Assembly: GCA_963717935.1 (NCBI GenBank)
Contig: CAVQXP010000002.1
Coordinates: forward strand, 128,001-192,000
Length of the DNA stretch: 64,000 nt
From: Candidatus Eiseniibacteriota bacterium
GTDB taxonomy: Bacteria; Eisenbacteria; RBG-16-71-46
Reading direction: 5' to 3'
Within the stretch, counting starts at the first letter, position 1. Each line of letters opens with the position of its first letter. The notes beneath the pieces were generated by a model. That model did no database searches. It was given only the letters and a program-made list of their open reading frames with translations, and was not told the DNA's origin. Made by a program: the position numbers and the translations under genes. Positions 9,955 through 19,978 of the stretch are shown here, in pieces.

Positions 9955-12525
9955 CTACTGCACCAGCACGACCTTCACGGTGCGGGCCGCGCCGTCGGCA
10001 ACGAACCGGGCGAAGTACACGCCGCTCGGCACGCGCGCGCCCCGCGCGTCGGTGCCGTCCCAGCGCACCGTGTGGGGGCCGGCCGGCAGCGTGGCGCCGG
10101 CGAGCAGCGTCCGCACGCGCCGGCCGCGGGAATCGAACAGGGCCAGCGACACCGCGCCCGACGTCGCCACCGTGAAGCGCAGTTCGGTGCGCGGGTTGAA
10201 CGGATTCGGCGCCGCGCTGAACTCCAGCCGCGCCCCGGGCTGCGTCCCCTCCGCGCCGGCCGCCGCCGGCTGCGCCACGTGGATGACGAAGTCGTCGAAG
10301 TAGAATCCGTCGTAGGTCTGCGACGCGTCGCTGCTCAGCCGGAAGCGGAAACGCACGTCCGCCAGACCGAGCCACGGCGCCAGATCCACGCTGTTCTGCA
10401 CCCAGTCGGTCTGGGTCCCCTCGAACAGCGGCGCCGCGGCCGGGATCTGCCCCCCCTGGCCGGCGGCCGGCTGCGTCCAGGCCGTCGCCAGCGGGGCCCA
10501 GACGCCGCCGCCGTCGGTCGACGCCTCGAAGAAGACCGCGTCCCAGTCCGCCTCGATGTCCCAGCGCGCCCAGAAGCTGACGGTGCCCGCGGTGATCCCG
10601 GTCAGATCCACCGGCGCCAGCGTCACGATGTTCGTCGCGTTGTTCGTGTAGCTGCCGGTCGGACTGTCGGCCAGCGAATGCGTCGGGCTGTGCGCCTGCT
10701 CCGTGGAAAGTCCCCAGGTGCCGCCGCTCCAGGTGCCCGTACCGCTTTCGAAATCGTCGGTGACGAGGTCGCTCTCGTCGACCGGCAGCAGCGTGAAGTC
10801 CTCCGCGCGCGCGGCCGTGTCCAGGGTGACGCGCCGCGTGACCGTGGCGTACCCCGCGGCGGCCACGCTGAAGGTGTACTCGCCGTACGCCAGATGCGCC
10901 GTGTAGGCCCCGCCCGCGCCGGCGTCGCTCGCCAGCGTGGCCGCGGCCTGGCCCAGCGGCCAGGTCGTGACGGTGATCGTGGCGGCCAGGCCGTCCAGCG
11001 CGGCGTTGCGCACCGTGCCCGACACATCCGCCCACGCGGCCGGGCTCAGCTGCACGTTCAGCACCGTCTCCGTCCCCCAGGTCGTGCCGACGTCGCTGAA
11101 GGTCCGGGGCGTGCAGCCGGGTGCCTCGAACGTCAGTTCGTAGACGCCGGTCGGCAGCAGCTTGTAGTAGTCACCGAGGTCGGGATCGGTCACGACCGGC
11201 TTGCTGATCCCGGTCACGGTCACGGTGGCCGGCAGCGGCAGTCCGGTGCCGGCCGCGGTGACCAGCCCGTGCACGCCGTAGCGCGCCGCCCGGATGAAAT
11301 GGAGCAGGCTCTCGCGGTTGTCGTCCCAGAAATCGACGAGCTTGCTGGCTGCCGGGGTCTTGACGTCGCTCACCTCGATCGTGAAATCCCAGCAGCCGGT
11401 CTCGTGGTACGCCCAGTCCTGCAGGCTCCCCTTCACGATGTACCAGTCGGCGCCGTTGGTGATGCCGAGCGGGAACGTCTTGCTCTCGTACATCGGCAGG
11501 TTGTACTGGCTGTACTCGAGCGCCATCTTCTGCAGCCCCGCGTCGTCCGACGTCCGCGTGTAGGTGTAGTCCCACAGGTAGTTGGTCACGAGCGCGCCGC
11601 CGTGCCCCACCTCGCTGAGGGCGAAGTGGTGCGCGGCGCCGTGGTCCTTCACGAGGACCGTCTCGAGCTCCTCGACGTAGCTGCCATCGTCGCCGACCGA
11701 GCCGTCGGGCACCGGATAGTCACGGTTGAGGTCCTGACCGTTGGCGTTGTAGCGCTCGCCGGCCGCGTTGCCGTCGGGGTTGAGGCAGGGCACGATGTGG
11801 ATCTCGGTGTGGTCGACCAGATCGGTCACGACCGGATCGACGCCGTAGTTGTTGGTCAGGTACTCCACGAGCGTGACCAGGTTCTCCATCTGCACCGGCT
11901 CGTCGCCGTGGATCGTCGCGGCGAGCCGTACTTCAGGCTCCGCCTCCTCCACGCCGACCTGGTCGGAGATCACGATGGCGTGGAGCGGCCGCCCCTCGAT
12001 GGAATTGCCGAGGCTGTAGTACGCGGCGATGGCCGGGTGGTCGATCTGCGCCTGCTGCAGGATCTGCCCGATCTGGGCCTGGGTGTGGTAGGCCGCGGTC
12101 TCGCTGACGAGCGGCTCCAGCGCGGCCTGCGCCGCCCACGCCGCCTCCATCGCCTCGCGCCCCTCGCGGTCGAGGTCGCGCAGCCGCGTGAAGGGGACTC
12201 CGGCGGCGGTCAGCGCCGACGCCTCCGCCTCCGTAACCCGCGGCTGCCACACCACGCGGCGTGACTTCGGACCGGTGGCCACGAACGCCACCTGCTCGCG
12301 GTCGAACGACGCCACCGGCACCCGCGCCAGCAACGCGGCCAGCGCCGCCTGGTCCGGCAGTTCGATGCGCACCGGGAAGTCGGTCCAGACCCGCGTCACC
12401 CACTGCGGTCGGCCCATCGCGTCCAGGGGGGCGGTCGCCGCCGCCAGGGCCAGCGACGGGAGCAGGAGCAGGCAGACGAGCGGGGCGGCGGCGCGCCGCG
12501 CCGCGACAAGGTGACCGTGCCACAT
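9955..12525 (-). CDS. Secreted M14 zinc carboxypeptidase with regulatory beta-sandwich repeats, a jelly-roll domain and a C-terminal FlgD-Ig sorting domain
   Basis: IHGDE, RYNANGQDLNRDY, GHGG, NGADWY, TIEVS; tail APNPFNPRTELRF..WDGTD..VPSGVYF; -10 TATAAT upstream on the minus strand. Confidence 0.9.
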   Translation of the reverse strand: MWHGHLVAARRAAAPLVCLLLLPSLALAAATAPLDAMGRPQWVTRVWTDFPVRIELPDQAALAALLARVPVASFDREQVAFVATGPKSRRVVWQPRVTEAEASALTAAGVPFTRLRDLDREGREAMEAAWAAQAALEPLVSETAAYHTQAQIGQILQQAQIDHPAIAAYYSLGNSIEGRPLHAIVISDQVGVEEAEPEVRLAATIHGDEPVQMENLVTLVEYLTNNYGVDPVVTDLVDHTEIHIVPCLNPDGNAAGERYNANGQDLNRDYPVPDGSVGDDGSYVEELETVLVKDHGAAHHFALSEVGHGGALVTNYLWDYTYTRTSDDAGLQKMALEYSQYNLPMYESKTFPLGITNGADWYIVKGSLQDWAYHETGCWDFTIEVSDVKTPAASKLVDFWDDNRESLLHFIRAARYGVHGLVTAAGTGLPLPATVTVTGISKPVVTDPDLGDYYKLLPTGVYELTFEAPGCTPRTFSDVGTTWGTETVLNVQLSPAAWADVSGTVRNAALDGLAATITVTTWPLGQAAATLASDAGAGGAYTAHLAYGEYTFSVAAAGYATVTRRVTLDTAARAEDFTLLPVDESDLVTDDFESGTGTWSGGTWGLSTEQAHSPTHSLADSPTGSYTNNATNIVTLAPVDLTGITAGTVSFWARWDIEADWDAVFFEASTDGGGVWAPLATAWTQPAAGQGGQIPAAAPLFEGTQTDWVQNSVDLAPWLGLADVRFRFRLSSDASQTYDGFYFDDFVIHVAQPAAAGAEGTQPGARLEFSAAPNPFNPRTELRFTVATSGAVSLALFDSRGRRVRTLLAGATLPAGPHTVRWDGTDARGARVPSGVYFARFVADGAARTVKVVLVQ

Positions 12526-12728
12526 CGAGGGGCCCCTCTTTCGCTATTTGTTATTCGTTGGTAGACCGACCGGCGCCCGACACGGACGCCGGCCAATCGC
12601 GGCCCATCGATTATATACCCTGCCGAACCCACCCAGCCAGACCGGCAGGTCGTGCTCTGAGGATCGTGTCCGTGGGGGAGCCGGGGGGCGCAGCGCGCTC
12701 GGGCGCCTGGCTCAGTCGGCGAGCGGAA

Positions 12729-14585
12729 TCATGGCGGCCCCGGCCCGCCCGCGCGCCCGGCGTCGGCGCCGGGCGGCGTGCGCAGGCTGCGGTCGCCGAG
12801 GTACTGGAGCTGGTAGAGCCGCGCGTAGATGCCGCCGCGGGCCAGCAGGTCGGCGTGGGTCCCCACCTCGCGCACGCGTCCGTGGTGCAGCACCACGATG
12901 CGGTCCACGTCCTGGATGGTCGAGAGCCGGTGCGCGATCACGAGCGAGGTGCGCCCGTGCATGAGCCGGCGCAGGCCATCCTGGATGAGGGTCTCGGTCT
13001 GCGTGTCCACCGAGGAGGTGGCCTCGTCCAGCACCAGCACGCTCGGGTCGGCGGCCAGGGCCCGGGCGAAGGCGAGCAGCTGGCGCTCGCCTGCGGAGAA
13101 GGTCGCGCCGCGCTCGTGCACCTCGGCGTCGTAGCCGTCCGGCAGACGCTCGATGAATCGGTCGGCGTGTACCTCTCGCGCGGCCCGCTCGAGGGCCTCG
13201 CGGGGCAGCGTGGCGTCGGCGAGCGCGAGGTTCGAGGCGATGCTGCCCGAGAACAGGAAGGGGTCCTGCAGCACGAGCCCGACGTGGCGGCGCAGCTCGC
13301 GGATGTCCCACTCGGCCAGCGGGCGGTCGTCCACGCGGATGACACCGCGCTGCGGCTGGTAGAAGCCCAGCAGCAGGCTCACCGCCGTGGTCTTGCCCGA
13401 GCCCGTGGCGCCCACCAGCGCGACCTTCTCGCCGGGCTCGACCGCGAACGAGACGTCCTCGAGCACCCGGGCCCCGCCGTCATAGGCGAAGGTGACGCCC
13501 TCGAACTCGATCCGCCCGCGGAAGCCGCCGCGGCGGGTCCGGTCCGGCTCCGCGGGCGCACCCGCCGCGGGCAGCGCAGCGGCCGGGTCGGCCGGCGCAT
13601 CGAGCAGATCGAAGATGCGCTCCGAGGAGGCCATGGCCTGCTGCAGGATGTTGTACTTCTCGCTCAGGTCCGAGATGGGACGGAAGAAGCGCTGGGTATA
13701 CTGGATGAAGGCCACCAGCGTGCCCAGGGTGATCCCGGTCCACATGACCTGCCGGCCGCCGTACCAGACGATGAGCGAGACGGCCAGGGCGCTGACCAGT
13801 TCCAGCACCGGGAAGAAGATCGCATGGTAGAAGTTCGCCTGCAGGTTGGCGTCACGGTGCCCGGCGTTGATGGCGCGGAACTCCGCGTGATTGCGCTCCT
13901 CGCGGTTCAGCAACTGCACGGTCGCCATGCCGGTCAGGTTCTCGTTGAGGAAGGCGTTCAGGCGCGCGAGGCGCGTGCGCACGTCGCGGAACGAGCGGCG
14001 CACCTTGATGCGGAACGTGAGCGTCACGAGGAAGATGAGGGGCACGACCGAGAACGCCACGCCCAGCAACTCGGCGTTCAGCCGCCACATCACGATGAGG
14101 ATGCCCACGAGCGCGAACACGTCGGCGAACAGCGCGACGACGCCCGAGGTGACGAGTTCGTTCAGCACGTCCACGTCGTTCGTGACGCGCGTCATCAGCC
14201 GGCCCACGGGATTCCGGTCGAAGAAGGCGAGCGGCAGGCGCTGCAGCTGGCGGAAGATCGCCATGCGCAGGTCCATCATGACGTGCTGGCCCACGCGCTG
14301 CATGATCTGGTTCTGCACGTAGCCCAGGCCGAAGCTGACCAGCAGCACCGCGAGGTAGAGCACCGCCACCTGGTCCAGGCGCACCAGGTCGTGGCGGCGG
14401 ATGCCGCGGTCGATGGCCTCCTTGGTCAGCATGGGGCCGGCGAGCTGGGCCAGGGCGTCGATCATCACCACCACCCCGGCGAGCCACACCTGCCCGCGGT
14501 AGGGCCGCAGGTAGCGCAGCAGCCGCCGCATCAGGCGGTGGTCGTAGGTCCGGCCGGCCGCTTCCTCCTCGTGGAACGGCGTCAC
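12729..14585 (-). CDS. Heterodimeric ABC exporter subunit (TmrA/YheH-like)
   Basis: TMD+NBD; GATGSGKT, non-canonical signature FSAGERQ, canonical Walker B VLVLDEATS, IAHRL. Confidence 0.92.
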   Translation of the reverse strand: MTPFHEEEAAGRTYDHRLMRRLLRYLRPYRGQVWLAGVVVMIDALAQLAGPMLTKEAIDRGIRRHDLVRLDQVAVLYLAVLLVSFGLGYVQNQIMQRVGQHVMMDLRMAIFRQLQRLPLAFFDRNPVGRLMTRVTNDVDVLNELVTSGVVALFADVFALVGILIVMWRLNAELLGVAFSVVPLIFLVTLTFRIKVRRSFRDVRTRLARLNAFLNENLTGMATVQLLNREERNHAEFRAINAGHRDANLQANFYHAIFFPVLELVSALAVSLIVWYGGRQVMWTGITLGTLVAFIQYTQRFFRPISDLSEKYNILQQAMASSERIFDLLDAPADPAAALPAAGAPAEPDRTRRGGFRGRIEFEGVTFAYDGGARVLEDVSFAVEPGEKVALVGATGSGKTTAVSLLLGFYQPQRGVIRVDDRPLAEWDIRELRRHVGLVLQDPFLFSGSIASNLALADATLPREALERAAREVHADRFIERLPDGYDAEVHERGATFSAGERQLLAFARALAADPSVLVLDEATSSVDTQTETLIQDGLRRLMHGRTSLVIAHRLSTIQDVDRIVVLHHGRVREVGTHADLLARGGIYARLYQLQYLGDRSLRTPPGADAGRAGGPGPP

Positions 14586-16315
14586 GAGGCCTCGAGCTCC
14601 TCTTCCAGTTGCTGGCGGCGGTGGAGCGCGGCGTACAGGCCGCCGAGCTCGAGCAGTTGCTCGTGCGTGCCCCGCTCGGCGACCGCGCCGGCCTCCAGCA
14701 CCACGATCTCGTCGGCGTCGCGCACCGTGCTCACCCGGTGCGAAACGATGAGCGTCGTGCGCCCCGCGCTCACGCCCCGCAGGCCGTGCAGCACCGCCTC
14801 CTCGGTCTGGGTGTCCACGCTCGAGAGGCAGTCGTCCAGCACCAGCACGGGCGTGTCCCGCAGGACCGCGCGGGCGATGGCCGCGCGTTGTCGCTGCCCG
14901 CCCGAGAGGGTGATGCCGCGCTCGCCGACCATCGTGTCGTAGCCGAGGGGGAAGCCGCGCACGTCCTGGTCGAAGTGGGCGACCCGGGCCGCGCTCTCGA
15001 TGGCCGCCGGGTCCGCGTGCGCGACGCCGTAGGCGATGTTCGCGGCCACCGTGGTCGAGAACAGGAACGTGTCCTGCGGCGCGACCGCCAGGCTCTCACG
15101 CAGCGCGTGCAGGCCGTACTCGAGCACGTCCACGCCGTCCAGGAACACCGTGCCGGGCGGCGGCTGGAAGGTCCGGGCGAGCAGCGCGAGCAGCGTGCTC
15201 TTGCCCGAGCCCGTGTGTCCGACCAGCGCGACGGTGCGGCCGGCAGGCACGCGGAAGCTCACGTCGCGCAGGGCCGGCTGCGTGGCGCCGGGGTAGGTGA
15301 AGGTCAGGTGCCGGAATTCCACCGCGCCACTGTCCGGACGGTCCCGGCCGCCTGCGGCCACGGGCGGTGAGTCGAGCACCTCGACGATCCGCTCCCAGGA
15401 GGCGAGGCCGCGCTGGAAGATGCTGATGACCCAGCCCAGCGCCACCATGGGCCAGTTCAGCATGCCGATGTACACGGTGAAGGCCACGAACTGGCCGAGC
15501 GTGATGCGGCCGGCAACGACCTCGCGCCCGCCGAGGTAGAGCACCAGCAGCGCCGCCAGCCCCGAGAGGAACGCGAGCATCGGGTAGAACAGCCCCGAGG
15601 TGTGGATCAACTGCAGGTTGCGCTCGAGGTACCCCTGGTTGAGCACGCGAAAGTCCTCGAGCTCGCGGCCCTCGCGCGTGAAGGCGCGCACCACGCGTAC
15701 GCCCGCCAGATTCTCCTGGGCGTGCGCCGAGAGCGAGGAGAAGTACGCCTGGATCTCCTCGAAGCGGCGGTGGATGCGGTCGCCGAAGTACCAGACCGTG
15801 AGCGAGACCAGCGGCAGCGGCAGGAGCGCGAGCGCGGTGAGCCGCGGGCTGATCGCGAGCATGAACCCCAGCGATGCCAGCGCCGTCACGAAGGTGTTGA
15901 CGGAGTACATCACGCCCGGGCCCAGCATCATGCGCACGGCCGCGAGGTCGTTCGTGGTCCGGGACATGAGGTCGCCGGTGCGCCCGCGCTGGAAGTACGC
16001 GATCGGCAGCCGCTCGAAGTGCGCGAAGAGGTCGTTGCGCAGGTCGTATTCGATGTGGCGCGAGATGCCGATCACCGCCTGGCGCATCCCGTACTTGAAG
16101 ACGCCCGCGATCACCGCGATGCCGAGCAGGAGGAGCGCGTAGCGGCCGAGTTTCTCCGCCGTGACGCCGCGGTAGAGGTCGTCCACCGCGTGGCGCAGGA
16201 CCTGCGGCTGCGTGAGGGCGATCAGGTCGGCGAGCGCCACGCACGCCAGGCCCCACGCCAGGCCGCGCCGGTAGCGTGCCAGATAGGGGAGGAGGCGGAG
16301 TCTCAGGTCACGGAT
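14582..16315 (-). CDS. Heterodimeric ABC exporter subunit (TmrB/YheI-like)
   Basis: GHTGSGKS, LSGGQRQ, degenerate Walker B VLDDCLS; frame extends to ATC at 16315 (IRDLRLRLLPYLARYR) behind a GAGGAGG RBS. Confidence 0.9.
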   Translation of the reverse strand: MRDLRLRLLPYLARYRRGLAWGLACVALADLIALTQPQVLRHAVDDLYRGVTAEKLGRYALLLLGIAVIAGVFKYGMRQAVIGISRHIEYDLRNDLFAHFERLPIAYFQRGRTGDLMSRTTNDLAAVRMMLGPGVMYSVNTFVTALASLGFMLAISPRLTALALLPLPLVSLTVWYFGDRIHRRFEEIQAYFSSLSAHAQENLAGVRVVRAFTREGRELEDFRVLNQGYLERNLQLIHTSGLFYPMLAFLSGLAALLVLYLGGREVVAGRITLGQFVAFTVYIGMLNWPMVALGWVISIFQRGLASWERIVEVLDSPPVAAGGRDRPDSGAVEFRHLTFTYPGATQPALRDVSFRVPAGRTVALVGHTGSGKSTLLALLARTFQPPPGTVFLDGVDVLEYGLHALRESLAVAPQDTFLFSTTVAANIAYGVAHADPAAIESAARVAHFDQDVRGFPLGYDTMVGERGITLSGGQRQRAAIARAVLRDTPVLVLDDCLSSVDTQTEEAVLHGLRGVSAGRTTLIVSHRVSTVRDADEIVVLEAGAVAERGTHEQLLELGGLYAALHRRQQLEEELEAS

Positions 16316-16431
16316 GGGACGCCCTCCTCAAGGCCCGGGCCTTCGGGAGAGGCCGGATCAGGGGCGCAGCGGAAGACCCGCCGGGTGTCCCGCTGCGCGT
16401 GACGGATCCGCCCGCGGTCCGGGCCGGCCCG

Positions 16432-17427
16432 TCAGGGGGCCTTGGTCCCGCCGAGGAAGCCCTGCAGCCGGTTCAGCTTGGTCTGCTTGAAGTTCACGGC
16501 CACGTAGAACTGGTCGTAATGCAGTGCTTCCTTTGCCATCGCCGTGGACCAGGAGCCGGCCACGAGGTCGAGGCGGTCATCCACGCGCAGGAGCACGTAG
16601 GGACCCATCAGGTGGATGGTCTGCGCGAGGACGCTGTCCCCATGGGCGAGCGTCGACATCCCCGAGTAGCGGCCGCCGACGAGCAGCGAGCGCGTGACCC
16701 ACCACCCCAGGTCGGCCGACGCGAGGAAGGGGATGGAGTGCGCTTCCGCGGCGTACGAGCGCCGGTTGACCGGCAGCGGATCCCCGGCTGCGTCCAGGAG
16801 GTAGGTCCCGGTCCCCGTGGAGTCCTCCGGCGACAGCGACAGGAAACGGTAGCCGGCGCCCGCACCCATCTGCAGGAAGCCGCGCTTCCCCAGCGGGGTG
16901 CCGTACAGCAGCGAGGCGGAGAGTTGCTGTAATCCGCCGCCGTAGAACGGATCCGCGAACAGCGAGCGGGGACGCGCGGGTATGCCGGCCACCAGGTCCG
17001 CCGGCAGATCCCGCTGGCCGTAGCCGAGCGGCGTCTTCCAGTCGAACTCCAGCGCCAGCGCGGAATTCCCCTGGTGGAGGCCGCGGCGCAGACCGATCGT
17101 GAGATCCTGCAGGCCGGTGCTGGTCTGGCTCCCGAAGGCGTCGCGGCGGGTCACGCTCATCACCGGCGCAGAGAGGACGAAGCTCATCCGCTTCTTCCAG
17201 CCCAGCTCCACCGTGCTGAGGAGCGAGCGCTCCTCCCACTCGCCGCCGAGGGAGACACGGTCCCCGGCGTCGTTGTGGTACGAATTGGCGGAGAACAGCC
17301 CGCCGCGCAGTTCAGTGTAGTACTCGCCCGGAGCAGGCAGCCAGGGCCCGGCCTGGGCCGGGCGGAAGAAACCGGGGGCGATCAGCAAGGACAGGATCAG
17401 GGCGGATGACGCGGCACGCGCGCTCAT
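16432..17427 (-). CDS. Hypothetical exported protein, probable outer-membrane beta-barrel
   Basis: Signal peptide ending AQA; alternating aromatic/Gly strands (STVELGW, GLQDLTIGLR, ADLGWWV). Confidence 0.6.
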   Translation of the reverse strand: MSARAASSALILSLLIAPGFFRPAQAGPWLPAPGEYYTELRGGLFSANSYHNDAGDRVSLGGEWEERSLLSTVELGWKKRMSFVLSAPVMSVTRRDAFGSQTSTGLQDLTIGLRRGLHQGNSALALEFDWKTPLGYGQRDLPADLVAGIPARPRSLFADPFYGGGLQQLSASLLYGTPLGKRGFLQMGAGAGYRFLSLSPEDSTGTGTYLLDAAGDPLPVNRRSYAAEAHSIPFLASADLGWWVTRSLLVGGRYSGMSTLAHGDSVLAQTIHLMGPYVLLRVDDRLDLVAGSWSTAMAKEALHYDQFYVAVNFKQTKLNRLQGFLGGTKAP

Positions 17428-17591
17428 GGGCGGCGATATCCTCCGAAAAAGGCGTGTAAATGACGACCGGTCCGGGTGACTGTAGCCACGCGGAGTCGCG
17501 CGCGCAAGTGGGGGGCGCTCCCGGGCCGTGGGCGCCGCCAGGCCGGGCAGCGCATGGAACCGGCCCGCCGCATGTGGCACCATCCCGCGTC

Positions 17592-18584
17592 GTGACACCG
17601 CTCACCGTGCTCGAGTTCATCCGCGACGGGGAGGGCGTCTGGACCCTGCCCGCCCGCCTGATCGCGGACCTGGCCCTTCGCCATCCCGGCGTGCGCTTCG
17701 AGTCGCCGTCCGACCGCGCCGCGGCCGAACGGCTGCTCCCCGGGGCCGACGTGGTCTACGGCGTGCTCGTGGACGCGGAGAACTTCCACCTCGCCCGCCG
17801 CCTGCGCTGGATCCATGTCAGCGCCGCGGGCGTGGGCTCCCTGCTCTTTCCGGCCCTCGCCGAGAGCGATGTCGTGCTCACCAACGGACGCGGCCTGCAC
17901 GCCGTCTCGATGGCCGAGCACGCCCTCGGCCTGATGCTGGCCTTCGCGCGCAAGCTCCACCTGGCGCGCGACCTGCAGCGCGAGCGCCGCTGGGACCAGG
18001 TCGGCCTGTGGACGGAGCCGCCGCCCTTCGGACAGCTGGCCGGCGGCACGCTCGGGCTCGTGGGCCTGGGGGCGGTGGGGTCGGCGCTGGCGGAACGCGC
18101 GGCGGCTCTGGGAATGCACGTCATCGCCGTGCGCCCGCACCCCGCTCCCGACCCGCGGCCCGCGCACGAGCAGTGGGGGCTGGGGCGTCTGTCCGAGCTG
18201 CTCGAGCGCGCCGACTGGGTGGCGCTGGCCGCCCCGCACACCGACGCGACCCGCGGGCTGATCGGCGCGGCCGAGCTGGCGCGCATGAGACCCGGGGCGG
18301 TGCTCGTCAACCTGGGCCGGGGCGCGCTGGTGGACGAGCCCGCCCTCGTCGCCGCCCTGCGCGCGGGGCGCATCGCCGGTGCGGCGCTCGACGTGGTGCG
18401 CGGGGAGCCGCTCGCCACCGACAGCCCGCTCTGGGACCTGCCCAACGTGATCCTCACGCCTCATGTCTCGGGGCTCGGACCGCTCTACTGGGAGCGCGCG
18501 GTCGAGCAGTTCGCCGGGAACCTCGAGCGCTTTCTCGCGGGGCGGCCGCTCCTGAACGTGGTGGACAAGCGGGCGGGATACTAG
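17592..18584 (+). CDS. D-isomer-specific 2-hydroxyacid dehydrogenase
   Basis: LGLVGLGAVG, VNLGRG, ALDV..EPL, ILTPHVSG; start approximate. Confidence 0.9.
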   Translation: MTPLTVLEFIRDGEGVWTLPARLIADLALRHPGVRFESPSDRAAAERLLPGADVVYGVLVDAENFHLARRLRWIHVSAAGVGSLLFPALAESDVVLTNGRGLHAVSMAEHALGLMLAFARKLHLARDLQRERRWDQVGLWTEPPPFGQLAGGTLGLVGLGAVGSALAERAAALGMHVIAVRPHPAPDPRPAHEQWGLGRLSELLERADWVALAAPHTDATRGLIGAAELARMRPGAVLVNLGRGALVDEPALVAALRAGRIAGAALDVVRGEPLATDSPLWDLPNVILTPHVSGLGPLYWERAVEQFAGNLERFLAGRPLLNVVDKRAGY

Positions 18585-19225
18585 AGCGACGGACGCGGCC
18601 GGCCCGCGACCAGCACCGTGGCGGGCACGGACGAGCGGCTGGCGTAGGAGTGCTCGCAGTGGGCGCGGAAGTGGATGGAGTCGCCCTCGCGCAGCACGTA
18701 GGGCTCGCCGTCCACGCGCACCTCCACCGTGCCGGTGAGCGCCGTGGCCCACTCCTCGCCCTCGTGCTGGTGGCGGAAGGTGGGTTCGTGGCCGGGGGGG
18801 AGCATGAGCAGTTGCGCGCCCAGCACGGCTCCCAGCGCCGGTCCGGTCACGGGTTCGACCGTCGCCGTCCCCAGGCGCAGGCGGCACGCCGCACGCTCGG
18901 CGGCGCGCATCAGCGACACCTCGGGCAGCACGTGCGGTTCCAGCAGGGAGGCGGGCCTCATGCCCAGGGCGCGCGCGATGCGCCCCAGCGCGCCCACGGT
19001 CGGCGACGCGCGACCGCGCTCGATCTCGGAAACGTGCGTGGCCGAGATGCCGCCGCGCAGCTCGAGGTCCTTCAGCGTGAGCCCGTGCGCGATGCGCAGC
19101 ATCTTGATGCGGTGCCCGAGCTCGGCGGGCGAGGGATCGCGCGGACGGAGGTCCGTCCCCTTCGCGCCGGGCGGCTCCGGTGACGCGGGCGACGGGTGAC
19201 GGGGCGGAGGCGTGCCTCGTGGCAT
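18581..19225 (-). CDS. XRE-cupin regulator (metal-binding cupin intact)
   Basis: SATHVSEIERGRASPTVGAL; HQHEGEE..GDSIHF..EHSY. Confidence 0.88.
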   Translation of the reverse strand: MPRGTPPPRHPSPASPEPPGAKGTDLRPRDPSPAELGHRIKMLRIAHGLTLKDLELRGGISATHVSEIERGRASPTVGALGRIARALGMRPASLLEPHVLPEVSLMRAAERAACRLRLGTATVEPVTGPALGAVLGAQLLMLPPGHEPTFRHQHEGEEWATALTGTVEVRVDGEPYVLREGDSIHFRAHCEHSYASRSSVPATVLVAGRPRPSL

Positions 19226-19226
19226 G

Positions 19227-19805
19227 TCAGCCGGTCTCCTCGATCCGGTGCGTGAGCAGGGTGATCACTTCGGCCGGGTCTTCCCCCAGCGCGCGCAGCA
19301 CGTGGTCGCACCGGAGCAGGCCCTGCACCGCGTCGCCCGGCTCGAGGGTCAGATGGGTCTCGCCGAACGTGGCCTCGACGCGACCCTGACGCACGAGGTA
19401 GAGCGCCTCGCCCGGGGTCTCCCGGGATGCGAGCGTGAAGGGCCCGGCGGGCGGGACCCCGAGGCTCAGCCGGTAGGCGAAGAGACGGCTGCCGGGCACG
19501 CCCGGCGTGAGCGGCTCCACGCAGGTGCCGCACGCCGTCAGGAAGCCCGCGAGCCTCTCGCGCGGCAGGTGCGCCACGTCGCGCAACTCCTCCGCCTCGA
19601 TGAAATAGGACACGTCCCGGCCCAGGGCCCGCGCGATGCGTGTCAGCGCGCCGACGGTGGGCGAGGTGCGCCCGCGCTCGATCTCGGAGAGGTGCGTGGC
19701 GGAGAGCCCGCTGACCTCCTCCACCTGCTTGAGCGTCAGGTGCCGCTCCGCACGCAGGCCGCGGATGCGCCGTCCCAGCTCCTCGTTGCCGACGATCGAG
19801 TTCAT
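19227..19805 (-). CDS. XRE-cupin regulator (degenerate cupin)
   Basis: SATHLSEIERGRTSPTVGAL; cupin lacks the HxHxGEE motif (SRETPGEA). Confidence 0.88.
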   Translation of the reverse strand: MNSIVGNEELGRRIRGLRAERHLTLKQVEEVSGLSATHLSEIERGRTSPTVGALTRIARALGRDVSYFIEAEELRDVAHLPRERLAGFLTACGTCVEPLTPGVPGSRLFAYRLSLGVPPAGPFTLASRETPGEALYLVRQGRVEATFGETHLTLEPGDAVQGLLRCDHVLRALGEDPAEVITLLTHRIEETG

Positions 19806-19909
19806 CGCGGGCTGCGCGGTGCGTCAGCGAGGGTGGAAACGTGGATGTCCAGGCAGGGCCGGCCGTTCTCCTGCAGGGGAAACCGTGGGATCTTCATCGA
19901 GTCCGCCAT
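19802..19909 (-). CDS. Possible 35-aa upstream ORF coupled to the XRE pair
   Basis: MADSMKIPRFPLQENGRPCLDIHVSTLADAPRSPR*; its TGA overlaps the XRE ATG (ATGA). Confidence 0.35.
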   Translation of the reverse strand: MADSMKIPRFPLQENGRPCLDIHVSTLADAPRSPR

Positions 19910-19978
19910 GGGCGCATGACTTCGCTCTCGTGGCGGCCAGCCGGGGGCCTGCAGGTGGCCGGGGGATCAGGCACGCGG

